Source: an uncultured Verrucomicrobiae bacterium
GTDB taxonomy: Bacteria; Chlamydiota; Chlamydiia; Chlamydiales; Rhabdochlamydiaceae
Assembly (NCBI GenBank): GCA_963718565.1
Contig: OY970364.1
Coordinates: 1,184,001-1,248,000, forward strand
Direction of reading: 5' to 3'
DNA: 64,000 nt
Within the stretch, counting starts at the first letter, position 1; every line of letters starts with the position of its first letter. Position numbers and translations under genes: made by a program. The notes below the pieces were generated by a model. The model was not told the DNA's origin and ran no database searches. It worked only from the letters and a program-made list of their open reading frames with translations. Below are positions 38,275-48,066 of this stretch, piece after piece.

Positions 38275-38520
38275 TACACCGAAATGAACTCAAGCCTTGG
38301 TTTTTGGCTACGTCGAACAGCCACTGTATTTGAGCCCGCCTGCATCGCACAACTTATTCAAGTTGTGCTGCTTCGACGCCGTATGCACTGGCTCAAATTC
38401 AGGGCGCCCTCCGGGCCGGTTCGCTTTGCTCACCTGCTCTTCTTTGAAAATATCCACTGGACATTTTCAAAGTATCCGCAGCCTTGCCAAATTCCCAAAT
38501 CTTGAATTCATCTCGGTATA
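38275..38520. repeat. Full-length family C element (246 bp)
   Basis: TACACCGAAATGAACTCAAG ... CTTGAATTCATCTCGGTATA terminal IRs. Confidence 0.85.
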
Positions 38521-38611
38521 GAAACTAAATGCAAAATGTTAAAGCAACCTACCATTTCGGTAAAGTTTTTATACTGCGCCCGGTCCAAAAATGTGAATTT
38601 AGGGGGGCTTA

Positions 38612-38682
38612 GAGGGAATTGCAAAACTCCTCACCGCATAAAATCGCGCTTTTCTACTAGCGAGGAGTTTTGCAATTCCCTC
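38612..38682. repeat. 71-bp internally deleted family A element
   Basis: Both TIRs retained, downstream of miaA. Confidence 0.9.
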
Positions 38683-38702
38683 CTTAGAACAGTCCAGACA
38701 GA

Positions 38703-39737
38703 TCAAAAATTCAATTCATAATCCTGGATGATCAGCTCAGCGACATGCTCTAAAGACATTTTTTCGATATTCAACCAGCGAAAAAGAGGCTCTTTACGAA
38801 ACCAAGTCAATTGCCGTTTAGCATAGCGCCGAGAGGCTTGTTTGAAGGCATCGATAAAATGATCCCAATGCTCTTGGGTTTGTGGAGAGTTCAAATATTC
38901 CAGGCATTGTCTGTAGCCAATTGCCTGAGAAGCTGTTGAATTTTTACTCAACCCTTCTTTTTCGAGCCGTTTCACTTCTTCCACAAATCCCTCAGCGATC
39001 ATTCGATCGCATCGCATTTCGATGCGCGGGTAGAGAACTTCTTTTGGCGTATAGACAAACCAGCAACGAAAATCATAGTTTTCAACATTCTCCAAAGAGA
39101 CCGTGGGAAATTCGGAGACTTTCTTTTGTGTGATGGAAAGGATTTCTAAGGCTCGAATGATCTTGTGCCGATCATTTTGAGTGATTGTTAAAGCATAGTC
39201 GGGATCAAGGGCTTTCAGTTTATCATACATCATTTGAACTCCTTTCGACGCCATTTCATCTTCGAGTAATTTTCTCAATTTAGGATCGGAAGGAGGGCCG
39301 CTTGGAGGCCCGTAGATCAAAGAATGAATGTAAAACCCTGTCCCACCTACGACGATGGGAACCGCCCCTTTATCGAGAATTTCTTTAATCGCTTGATTTG
39401 CTTCGTGATAATATTCCACGACGTTAAAACTTTCGTCGAGATCTCTACTGTCGATCAGATGATGTTGGACCTGTTCTCTTTCTGATGGACTTGCCTTAGA
39501 TGTCCCGATATCCATGCCGCGATACACTTGCATGGAATCGGCGGAAATAATCTCTCCCCCCATCGCTTTAGCAATGACAAGAGAGAGCTGAGTTTTGCCT
39601 ACAGCTGTAGGACCAGCGATGATGATGATTTTCTTTTTTTTAGAGCGTGGGATGAGTTTTTGCTTTTGCGGCAAGGTGAAATGGGTGAGCAAAACTTGCA
39701 GCTCTTTATCTTCAAGGGTAAGTCCAGATGATCCCAT
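38703..39737 (-). CDS. miaA: tRNA dimethylallyltransferase
   Basis: GPTAVGKT, SADSMQVY, VGGTGFY, QAIGY, YAKRQLTWF. Confidence 0.97.
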   Translation of the reverse strand: MGSSGLTLEDKELQVLLTHFTLPQKQKLIPRSKKKKIIIIAGPTAVGKTQLSLVIAKAMGGEIISADSMQVYRGMDIGTSKASPSEREQVQHHLIDSRDLDESFNVVEYYHEANQAIKEILDKGAVPIVVGGTGFYIHSLIYGPPSGPPSDPKLRKLLEDEMASKGVQMMYDKLKALDPDYALTITQNDRHKIIRALEILSITQKKVSEFPTVSLENVENYDFRCWFVYTPKEVLYPRIEMRCDRMIAEGFVEEVKRLEKEGLSKNSTASQAIGYRQCLEYLNSPQTQEHWDHFIDAFKQASRRYAKRQLTWFRKEPLFRWLNIEKMSLEHVAELIIQDYELNF

Positions 39738-39772
39738 GCCTGTTTTTCCTGGATGAAAGAGCTTCTAAGGGA

Positions 39773-40003
39773 TTAGTGGACAAGTTCTAGCCTCACTCTG
39801 CGGCCAAAACGCGCGCCCACAGTCATGGCGATAGTGCGAAGAGATTTAATCGTTCTTCCCTGCTTGCCGACAACTTTTGCAACGTCCTCTGCAGAAACTT
39901 TGACTTCAACTACAGTTCCTTGGTGTCCATCAAAAACTTGCACTTCAACGGCGTCAGGCTGATCCACGAGATTCTTGATCAAATAAGCAATGAAATCTTT
40001 CAT
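39773..40003 (-). CDS. khpA: KH-domain RNA-binding protein
   Basis: LVDQPD.V, VVGKQGRTIKSLR. Confidence 0.88.
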   Translation of the reverse strand: MKDFIAYLIKNLVDQPDAVEVQVFDGHQGTVVEVKVSAEDVAKVVGKQGRTIKSLRTIAMTVGARFGRRVRLELVH

Positions 40004-40082
40004 AATTCACAGAATTAGGGGTTGTATAAGAGTGTATCTAAGATTCAAAGTTATCAATTTAACACTTATACCGAATTTGAGT

Positions 40083-41012
40083 CTACTTTTCAATAAAGGC
40101 GAGCTTCTGAATGCGAAAGTCGATAATCTTTTCTTCAATTCGCGCAATAGACGCCGGCTTTTCAGGAATCGGCAAGATCTTTTTTTCTTCTTCTAAAAGT
40201 TGTTCACGCAATTTCAGATAATTTCCAAGCTCTTGTGCATAATTTTTTGTGCTCAAGCGCAGGATGCGTGGAAGGCAGAATTGCACTTCTCTTCCATCGA
40301 TATTGCGGAGGATGGAATCTTCGGTAATGATGACAACTTCGCGCGTCCCGTAACTTTCGGCAAAAGCATTGGAAACATCGATTCTCTTCACTGAGAAGAG
40401 ATCAGAAACTTTTGGATCTGTAATAATTGCTAAAATGTCAAAAGCAAGCTCAACATATTTTCCTTTGAGCGGAATTCCCCATTGGGCTGTCGGCCGATCA
40501 GAGTCTGCGGTCGGCATTCCAAAAGAACTAAGACCAAAGTAAATGGATGGTAAATTTTTAGGAGAGAAAAAAGGACTGAACGGAAGAGGATATCCGTCTT
40601 TATCTAAGACAACGTTAACGTAGTCTTCCAACCAGGCGATGGGTTGACGCACAGTGTAATCGACATAAAGAGCATTCGGTTTGATTAATTTTATTTCAGC
40701 CTGAGAAATCAAAGGAGATTTCAACAAACGCTGTTTTGCCTTTTCGAGGCCAAAAGTCAAGATGCTACGCGGCCTATCTGAGGAAATTCCAAGCAGTTCC
40801 GCAAGATACTCTGTTTTGAGCGCTTCTCTTTGCGGTCCTGTTTGGACAATAGAATTGATGAAAGTCTTGGGATTGAGCGCATGCGATTGTCGATTTTTAA
40901 GATAATGCTTGAAGACCGGATACGAGACACCGCTAATCAAAAAAGTTGAGGCAACGATCCAAGCTAAAGCATGCGTCAAAGGAAGCTGAACAGATTTTTT
41001 CTTACTTTTCAT
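40083..41012 (-). CDS. ftsQ: FtsQ-like cell division protein
   Basis: N-terminal TM, POTRA-like LLKSPLISQAEI..PNAL.V..R.PIA, terminal IDFR; follows murC. Confidence 0.7.
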   Translation of the reverse strand: MKSKKKSVQLPLTHALAWIVASTFLISGVSYPVFKHYLKNRQSHALNPKTFINSIVQTGPQREALKTEYLAELLGISSDRPRSILTFGLEKAKQRLLKSPLISQAEIKLIKPNALYVDYTVRQPIAWLEDYVNVVLDKDGYPLPFSPFFSPKNLPSIYFGLSSFGMPTADSDRPTAQWGIPLKGKYVELAFDILAIITDPKVSDLFSVKRIDVSNAFAESYGTREVVIITEDSILRNIDGREVQFCLPRILRLSTKNYAQELGNYLKLREQLLEEEKKILPIPEKPASIARIEEKIIDFRIQKLAFIEK

Positions 41013-42375
41013 GATTCAAGTAGTTTAACACTTCCGGACCCACTGTAGTGATATCGCCTGCACCCATAGTGACAAGCACGTCATCCTGCTGTAAAAAATT
41101 AGCAAGAAATGAGGAAAGCTGTGGCCTTGGGACATAACGAACGTCAAAAAATTTTTCCCGGATTTTTGCCAATAAAACCTCATTGGTGATTCCTTCTATA
41201 GGCGTCTCTCTAGCTGCATAGATATCTGTCACAATTAAAATGTCAGCGCGCTCAAAAGCAGGAGCAAATTCATTCAGACAATCTTGTGTCCGAGTATAAC
41301 GATGAGGTTGAAAGGCAATGACAAGCCTCTTATGACCGATCGCTTGTTTGATTGCACGCGAAGCTGCAAAAATTTCTGTGGGATGATGAGCGTAATCATC
41401 AAAAACAACAATTCCACGACATTCGCCCTTGAACTCAGCCCGTCTATTGACTCCTTTAAAACACGCAAATGCTTTTCGAATGCGATCTTCGGGGATGCCA
41501 ATCTTTATTCCTAGTCCGAAGACTGCAGCAGAGTTAAGGACATTATGAGCTCCGATGAGAGGGATTTCAATTTCTGAATATGCGATCCCCTCGAAGGAAA
41601 CATCAAAGATATTCTTCCATCCCGCCTGAAAAAAGTTTTCAATGTGCACATCATTATCCTCTTTGAAACCATAGCTAAATCCTTTAAGTTTCAAGGATTG
41701 GAGGACTTCATCGTCGCCGCACCAGATCAAATGCTGGGGAGATTGAACAAGGCTTGCAAATTTTTTAAAGCCTGCCACCAGATGATCAAGAGTATTCCAA
41801 TAGGCAAGATGATCATTATCGATATTGGTAATGATCGCCCCAAAGGGAGCATAATTCAAAAAAGAACCGTCGCTCTCGTCAGCCTCCGCGATAAAATAAG
41901 GTCCAACTCCATGGCCTCCATTAGAATTTAAGCTGCGCACAATTCCCCCTATGGCATAAGTGGGATCTAGACCGGCGTCGACAAGAAGATGTGCAAGCAA
42001 TGAAGAAGTTGTCGTCTTTCCATGAGTGCCGGTAATGAGCAATGGAGAATAGCTGCCCATCAACTGACGCAGCAACTCAGAACGGTGCATCAACGGCACA
42101 CCTTGAAGTTTTGTTTGCCTCACTTCCGGATTTTCCTCTTTGATATCGCTGCTATAAACAACAATTGTAGACGGGTGGATGTTTTGCGGAGAATGGCCGA
42201 TAAAAATTTCTGCACCTTGACTTTGCAATCGATCCGTCACATAGGAAGGTGCGACGTCGCTTCCGGTCACTTTGATGCCTTTCTGCAAAAGAATGCTCGC
42301 AAGGGCGCTCATTCCAATTCCGCCAATGCCGATGAAATGATACTGATGATTGAGTTTATTTTTTAATATTTTCAT
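41002..42375 (-). CDS. murC: UDP-N-acetylmuramate--L-alanine ligase
   Basis: HFIGIGGIGMS, GTHGKTTT, EADESDG, DDYAHHPTE, FQPHRYTR. Confidence 0.97.
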   Translation of the reverse strand: MKILKNKLNHQYHFIGIGGIGMSALASILLQKGIKVTGSDVAPSYVTDRLQSQGAEIFIGHSPQNIHPSTIVVYSSDIKEENPEVRQTKLQGVPLMHRSELLRQLMGSYSPLLITGTHGKTTTSSLLAHLLVDAGLDPTYAIGGIVRSLNSNGGHGVGPYFIAEADESDGSFLNYAPFGAIITNIDNDHLAYWNTLDHLVAGFKKFASLVQSPQHLIWCGDDEVLQSLKLKGFSYGFKEDNDVHIENFFQAGWKNIFDVSFEGIAYSEIEIPLIGAHNVLNSAAVFGLGIKIGIPEDRIRKAFACFKGVNRRAEFKGECRGIVVFDDYAHHPTEIFAASRAIKQAIGHKRLVIAFQPHRYTRTQDCLNEFAPAFERADILIVTDIYAARETPIEGITNEVLLAKIREKFFDVRYVPRPQLSSFLANFLQQDDVLVTMGAGDITTVGPEVLNYLNHEK

Positions 42376-43492
42376 TTTGCTCTAGGATGGTGTTAATGAT
42401 CCAGCTGCACAAATCTTCTTTTTTCTGCTGACTCTTAAAAGTCTTGATCGCATTTTTCATCTTAAGTCTTTCCGGAGAATTCAAAGGAATAAGACGCAGA
42501 ATTGTTTCGGAAAGCAGGGGAGCAGAGACGATGTCTTCGGTAAAATGAACGGCCCCGCCGACTTTTTGTAAAAACTGTGCGTTTTTCAATTGATGCTGGT
42601 CAGCTGCAAACGGATAAGGAATGAGAACGGCTGGAACTTCGTAATAGAGAATTTCTGAAAGAGTCATTGCCCCACTGCGGCACAATGCGATATCAGCGGC
42701 ATTCCAAATCAGGTCCATCTGCGCTTCAAATTTTTTAACATAACAAGGGACTTTCCCCAAAGCTCCGCAAAGCACACGGACATCGCTGGCAACCTCCTCG
42801 CTTCCGGTAAGATGAATTAACTGAAAAAGCGTATCTTTCCTTAGGATTGGCAAAAGTTCGACAAGGTGTTTATTGATTTGCTTTGCCCCTTGAGAGCCTC
42901 CAAAAACGAGCAGGGTGGGAAGATTCGGATCAAGGCCCAAAAGATGACGGGCGTCTTCTCGAGGGACAAAACGTCGGGACTGAGGGTTTTTGATCGGAAT
43001 TTCCACTTCGATCGTCTCCCCTTTCAAATAATGCTTGGCCTCTTCGAAATAAACTGCCGTTACAACCGCCTGTTTAGAAAACAACTTAATGACTTTTCCA
43101 GGAATAGAATTGGACTCAAAAAGAAGAAATGGAATTTTTTTAATGGCAGCGGCACAAAGGACAGGAAAAGCATGAAAACTTCCAAAACCAATCACTAGGT
43201 CTGGTTTTCTCTCCGAGAGTAAGGATAAACTTTCAAAAATGCCTCGAAGGAGCAATCCCATTGATTTCAATGCTTTGAAAATATTTCTCCTGAACGGTGT
43301 CATGCTAGCGATATCGCAAAAAGAAAACTTCGATTTGTCAAAATGGACATTTTCAGACAGATTTGCGCCAGCAAAAAACACTTCAATGTGAAGTGGATTT
43401 TTCTGCATTTGTTCTGCCAACCCTTGCGCAGGAAAAAGGTGTCCGCCTGTCCCTCCAGCTGCGAAGATAATTTTATAAGTTCGACTGGACAT
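42356..43492 (-). CDS. murG: Undecaprenyl-PP-MurNAc-pentapeptide GlcNAc transferase
   Basis: GGTGGH, FGGSQGA, RSGA, HQLKNA. Confidence 0.95.
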   Translation of the reverse strand: MSSRTYKIIFAAGGTGGHLFPAQGLAEQMQKNPLHIEVFFAGANLSENVHFDKSKFSFCDIASMTPFRRNIFKALKSMGLLLRGIFESLSLLSERKPDLVIGFGSFHAFPVLCAAAIKKIPFLLFESNSIPGKVIKLFSKQAVVTAVYFEEAKHYLKGETIEVEIPIKNPQSRRFVPREDARHLLGLDPNLPTLLVFGGSQGAKQINKHLVELLPILRKDTLFQLIHLTGSEEVASDVRVLCGALGKVPCYVKKFEAQMDLIWNAADIALCRSGAMTLSEILYYEVPAVLIPYPFAADQHQLKNAQFLQKVGGAVHFTEDIVSAPLLSETILRLIPLNSPERLKMKNAIKTFKSQQKKEDLCSWIINTILEQNENIKK

Positions 43493-44588
43493 TGTATTGC
43501 TCCGTATCGGAAAGCTTTGCAATGTTTAATATCACGCACAGCGCCATCATGTTTGCCAGTAACGATGAGCCTCCTTGGCTAAAAAAAGGAAGGTTTGTCC
43601 CTTTACTGGGTAAAAGTCCGGAAACAACGCCTAAATTTAAAAACGCTTGAAAGCAAATCAAAAAAGTAAAAATAGCAGCTGTATAAAACCCCTCTCTTTC
43701 TTTGGCTCTCTGGGCAATTGAGAATCCACAAAAACCGATTCCCATGTAGGAAAAGATCAATCCTGCCATGCCGATAAAACCGGTTTCTTCTGCGAAGATT
43801 GCAGCGATATAGTCGCTGCGCGCTTCGGGAAGATACTCCAGCTTTTGAAGGCTCTCTCCCAAACCTTTGCCCATCCATTGACCAGATCCTGTAGCAATTT
43901 TAGCTTGAAAGGGCTGATGCCCCTTTCCTTTGAGATCATATTCTGGATTCAAATAAACCTTGATTCGATCGGACACATGATGCATCTGAGAAGCGACAAT
44001 GACACCGCAAGTGCAAAGAATGCAAAGCGGCAGTGCCCAATAGATCCACTTGATGCGGAATAAAATGAATAGAATGACAAGTGCCGCAAAAATGATGGCA
44101 ACGCTGCCATTATCAGGTTCAATTAAAATTAAGCCAACAGGGATAGAAAGCTTGGCAAGTACCATTAAAAAAGCACGCAGATCAAGGAACTCATTCTGCA
44201 ATGAAACAACATGGATGAAATGCAAAGGGATTAAAAACTTCACAAATTCGGAAGGTTGAAAAGAATTGCCAAAGAGATTAACCCATCGGTGGGCGCCGTT
44301 GATTTGTTGTCCAACGCCGGGAAGAAAAACAAGGATCAGCAGCACCGTAGCAGCGATCAACAAGGGTCCACTCAATTTGATCAAATTTCGATAACCAACG
44401 AACCAGATTCCTATTGCAGCAATCCCACCGACAAGCGCATACAAAAACTGTTTAATTAAAGCATGGTGGGTGTTTCGATCTAAAAAACGATCGAGAACCT
44501 CTGCAGAGGTCGTATTAAAAATCATGATCAGTCCCAATGAAAACAAAAGGACGACAATGATCAATAGGCTGAGCGCGTGGCGATTCAT
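43473..44588 (-). CDS. ftsW: SEDS peptidoglycan glycosyltransferase FtsW
   Basis: NGAHRW, FQPSEFVK, EPDNG, YLPEARSDYI, LPFFSQGGSS. Confidence 0.93.
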   Translation of the reverse strand: MNRHALSLLIIVVLLFSLGLIMIFNTTSAEVLDRFLDRNTHHALIKQFLYALVGGIAAIGIWFVGYRNLIKLSGPLLIAATVLLILVFLPGVGQQINGAHRWVNLFGNSFQPSEFVKFLIPLHFIHVVSLQNEFLDLRAFLMVLAKLSIPVGLILIEPDNGSVAIIFAALVILFILFRIKWIYWALPLCILCTCGVIVASQMHHVSDRIKVYLNPEYDLKGKGHQPFQAKIATGSGQWMGKGLGESLQKLEYLPEARSDYIAAIFAEETGFIGMAGLIFSYMGIGFCGFSIAQRAKEREGFYTAAIFTFLICFQAFLNLGVVSGLLPSKGTNLPFFSQGGSSLLANMMALCVILNIAKLSDTEQYNVQSNL

Positions 44589-44590
44589 AA

Positions 44591-45403
44591 TTATTGAATG
44601 CGAAGCTGGTCACCGGGTTTTAGCCGACGAGCTTGTTCTTCTGTCATGTTGTTCAACTTAAGCAAATCTTCCACTCTGAGATGGTTTTTTACAGCAATGG
44701 TCCAAGGATTATCTCCTTTCTTCACTGTGTAATATTTGGCTCCTTCATTAGAAGGATTCGAGGCCGTAGAAGCCTGGGGTGAAAACACAATTGTGGAAGG
44801 TTCTACTTTTTTGGTCGATTTATTGGGAATTTTCAACACTTGGCCGATACGAAGATTACTGTTTGTCAATTTATTTGCCTTCATGATTTCAGCAACAGTT
44901 GTATGATGGTAACGAGCGATTTTTTCTAAGACATCCCCCTTTTTCACTTTAATCTCTGTAAATTCGAGGACTGGCTTATTTGAAAGAGGCACTGGCGCCA
45001 GCAAGGTTTGCGCAGCGGGGGATTGAAGAGGAGATGCACTGAGAGATTCTGGAATTGCGATTGCTTTAAGATCATCAACAAAATTAGGAACTACTGGAGT
45101 AGAAGCTTGTAGAGGATCTACCTGTGGTACCCGTTGTATAGAAGTAGGCGCGTGAGCCTGAGTTGCAGGCGCAACTGCCACCGAATTTTGTGCAAATTGA
45201 TTGAGAGCGAGATCGACTTCATCGCCTGCCATAGGCGTAGCTTCTTTTTTAAAAACGGGATCCAGAGTTTCCTGGACGGCAGGCCTTGGATTTGCGACAA
45301 ACTCTTCATGGGAAGAATTCGACTTAAGCGCGCTAGCAAACAGCACAATAAGCAGCCCTGCATTGATCAGGACTGCGACGATAATGGTATCTCTTCGACT
45401 CAT
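44591..45403 (-). CDS. Membrane-anchored protein with two LysM domains
   Basis: VKKGDVLEKIA..LRIGQVLKIP; YTVKKGDNPWTIA..LKPGDQL. Confidence 0.92.
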   Translation of the reverse strand: MSRRDTIIVAVLINAGLLIVLFASALKSNSSHEEFVANPRPAVQETLDPVFKKEATPMAGDEVDLALNQFAQNSVAVAPATQAHAPTSIQRVPQVDPLQASTPVVPNFVDDLKAIAIPESLSASPLQSPAAQTLLAPVPLSNKPVLEFTEIKVKKGDVLEKIARYHHTTVAEIMKANKLTNSNLRIGQVLKIPNKSTKKVEPSTIVFSPQASTASNPSNEGAKYYTVKKGDNPWTIAVKNHLRVEDLLKLNNMTEEQARRLKPGDQLRIQ

Positions 45404-45413
45404 GACCTTCTCC

Positions 45414-46739
45414 TTATTTTATAGCATATACATGGCGCTGAAATTCTTCTCCGCGATGTGCATAGTTACGGAACATGTCATAACTCGAACATCCTGGAGA
45501 AAGAAGAACGCAATCCCCTTCTTTTGCATCGTTTGCAGCAATATTTACTGCGTCCGCCAAAGAATCAGCGAGCTTAATGTTAAAAAAGAGATGCAACTCA
45601 CTATATATTTTCGGTGCAGCAGCGCCAATAGCAATGATTTGTTTCACTTTGCTCGTCAATTGTTCTTTCCATGGAAAGTAGGATGCACCCTTGTCTACTC
45701 CACCGACAATCAAAATGACAGGCCCTTTCATCGCTCTCACAGCCTGAATCACTGCATCGATATTTGTCCCTTTGCTATCGTCAAAAAAAGAAACACCTTT
45801 GATTTCGCGGACGAATTCGATACGATGCGGTGGCTTTTGAAATGTTTCCAGCGCGTTGCAAAACTGTTCATTCGAGATCAAAAAAGGCTGACAAAGGGCC
45901 CAAGCAGCCAACACATTCTCATTGTCATGTCTACCCATATCTCTATAGCGCATAGGCATGATGTATTCAATCTTTTCCCGGTATGTCACATGGGTTTGAT
46001 CTGTCCAAAGATCGCTTTCTTTTTCGCACCCATACGTCTGATAATTTTTGAGTTCCAGCAAATGCCCGAACTCATGCACCGTTTGTACTTGAACAAAAAA
46101 TTTAGCCCGTTCTTTTAACAAATATTGAAGTCGACATTTTACCTTAGCGTAATCCTGGACATCGGCATAGCGGTCGAAATGATCGGGAGTCACATTTAAA
46201 AGGACTGCTGCATCAAAGACTGGGGTTCGCATTGTTTCTAATTGAAAAGAACTGAGTTCGATGACGAAGGCCTCTTCACTGCCGGGACTCATTAAATAAT
46301 CACAGAGCGCCACTCCAACATTTCCGAGGGCTTTAGTTTTAATTCCGGCACAATTTAATACATGCTCAACGAGCAGCGTTACAGTCGTCTTGCCGTTAGT
46401 GCCTGTCACGGCAACCATCGGCTTTTTGAAATAGGGAAGAGCAAGTTCTGCTTCACCGATGATCTCAATCCCTTTTTCTTTAGCCTTTTGATAAATAAAA
46501 TGTTTGGGAGGAATGCCCGGAGACACAACAACGCGGTCGATGCAAGCCCAGTCAATCGGCTCGCTATCATGTTGACACACCATCCCTAGCGATTGCAAAT
46601 GTGTGAGCTCTTCATGCGTTTCGAGATAAGATGGGTTACTGTCAATCCCAAGAACAGCATCATTCCTTTTTAACAGCACTCTTGCTGCAGCGATTCCACT
46701 TACCCCTAATCCTAGTACAAGCGTTTTTTTAGTCATCAT
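45414..46739 (-). CDS. murD: UDP-MurNAc-L-Ala--D-Glu ligase
   Basis: GLGVSG, VVSPGI, TGTNGKTT, ELSSFQL, DDSKGTN, LLSPGCSS.D. Confidence 0.97.
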   Translation of the reverse strand: MMTKKTLVLGLGVSGIAAARVLLKRNDAVLGIDSNPSYLETHEELTHLQSLGMVCQHDSEPIDWACIDRVVVSPGIPPKHFIYQKAKEKGIEIIGEAELALPYFKKPMVAVTGTNGKTTVTLLVEHVLNCAGIKTKALGNVGVALCDYLMSPGSEEAFVIELSSFQLETMRTPVFDAAVLLNVTPDHFDRYADVQDYAKVKCRLQYLLKERAKFFVQVQTVHEFGHLLELKNYQTYGCEKESDLWTDQTHVTYREKIEYIMPMRYRDMGRHDNENVLAAWALCQPFLISNEQFCNALETFQKPPHRIEFVREIKGVSFFDDSKGTNIDAVIQAVRAMKGPVILIVGGVDKGASYFPWKEQLTSKVKQIIAIGAAAPKIYSELHLFFNIKLADSLADAVNIAANDAKEGDCVLLSPGCSSYDMFRNYAHRGEEFQRHVYAIK

Positions 46740-48008
46740 TTATTGAAACTTAAGAGAAGCGATACCCAAAATTGCTAAAATCAAACTGATGATCCAAAAT
46801 CTCAAGACGACTTTCGTCTCCGGCCATCCTCTGTATTCGAAGTGATGGTGCAACGGCGTGCAAAGAAAAATTCTTTTTTTATTGCGCAGCTTATAGCTAC
46901 CGACTTGCAAGATCACCGAAATCGTTTCGGCAACAAAAATCCCTCCCACAATGGCAAACAGGATTTCTCGACGCAAAAGGACAGCACAAACGCCAACGAT
47001 TCCTCCAAGAGCCAATGAGCCAGTATCTCCCATGAAGACTTGGGCAGGATATCCATTGTACCATAAGAAGCCAAGGCATGCCCCGATCAATGCAAACAAA
47101 TAAACGGCGATCTCCCCACTTTCATCGATGTAAAGAATGTTTAAGTACCGCGCCATTTCGATATTGTTCGACAAGAATGCCACCAGACCTAATACGCCGG
47201 CGACCATGATCAGGCATCCTGCGGCAAGTCCATCAAGCCCATCGGTTAAATTGGCACCATTCGATGAACCTGAAATGACAAACAGGGCAGTCAATATCCC
47301 AAAGACAATTCCCGCTCCTTTTAATAAGATGACAGGGTCTTTGAAAAATGGCACGTAATAACGACTCATGTAGGCTTGAGTCGAAAGAGTCTTCCCCACC
47401 CATTCCACCTTGCCATCCTCTTTTTTAACAATAGAAATCTGTTCTTTCGCAATGGGCGGAATGAACCAGGTTTTGAAATTTAAAGCTTTTGAAATCCCTG
47501 GACAAAAAAGGTAAAGAGCGATGAGAAAAGCGAGCAAGTTTTGGAGCAAGAATTTCTTTTTTGCCCGCAAACCCTTCGAATTTTTATACTTGAGCTTGAG
47601 ATAATCATCATACCCTCCCAAAAGGCCCAGCCAAACTGTTGTGACAAGCAGGATCAACGTGAAACTGCTTTTCCAGTCCATCCATATAAAAAGCGAAAGC
47701 AGCATCGAGGAAAGGATTAAAATTCCTCCCATCGTTGGAGTATCCTTTTTTTTTGCATGAAGCTCCACGAGAAGAGGACAGTCTTCGACGCGGATCGACT
47801 GTCCGGTCTTGAGCTCGTACAACTTTCGGATAAAACGCGGACCGAAAACAATGGTAAAAAATAATGATGTCAGAGCAGCGAGCATCATTCGCGTCGAGGA
47901 GTAAGTAAAGGCAGAAGGGATTTTCATCCCCAGCGAGCTGGTTAAAAATTGATAAATCAGCAAAATCACAATTGTCAGTGGAGTAATGGATTGAAGACTA
48001 ACCATCAT
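46740..48008 (-). CDS. mraY: Phospho-MurNAc-pentapeptide transferase
   Basis: TPTMGG, DDYLK, NLTDGLDGLA, FMGDTGS, PLHHHFE; true start may be slightly downstream. Confidence 0.96.
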   Translation of the reverse strand: MMVSLQSITPLTIVILLIYQFLTSSLGMKIPSAFTYSSTRMMLAALTSLFFTIVFGPRFIRKLYELKTGQSIRVEDCPLLVELHAKKKDTPTMGGILILSSMLLSLFIWMDWKSSFTLILLVTTVWLGLLGGYDDYLKLKYKNSKGLRAKKKFLLQNLLAFLIALYLFCPGISKALNFKTWFIPPIAKEQISIVKKEDGKVEWVGKTLSTQAYMSRYYVPFFKDPVILLKGAGIVFGILTALFVISGSSNGANLTDGLDGLAAGCLIMVAGVLGLVAFLSNNIEMARYLNILYIDESGEIAVYLFALIGACLGFLWYNGYPAQVFMGDTGSLALGGIVGVCAVLLRREILFAIVGGIFVAETISVILQVGSYKLRNKKRIFLCTPLHHHFEYRGWPETKVVLRFWIISLILAILGIASLKFQ

Positions 48009-48066
48009 ATTACTGAGAATGCTGAAATCGCAAAAGCGAAAACTGGGCGCCGTATAACTTCACTCG

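Noticed and set aside
40067..40085. TATACCGAATTTGAGTCTA beside the ftsQ stop as a family C scar
   Set aside because: Only the first 9 bp match; suggestive but too weak to list
45201..46118. 305-aa + strand ORF
   Set aside because: Antisense shadow of murD and the LysM gene; no recognisable motifs
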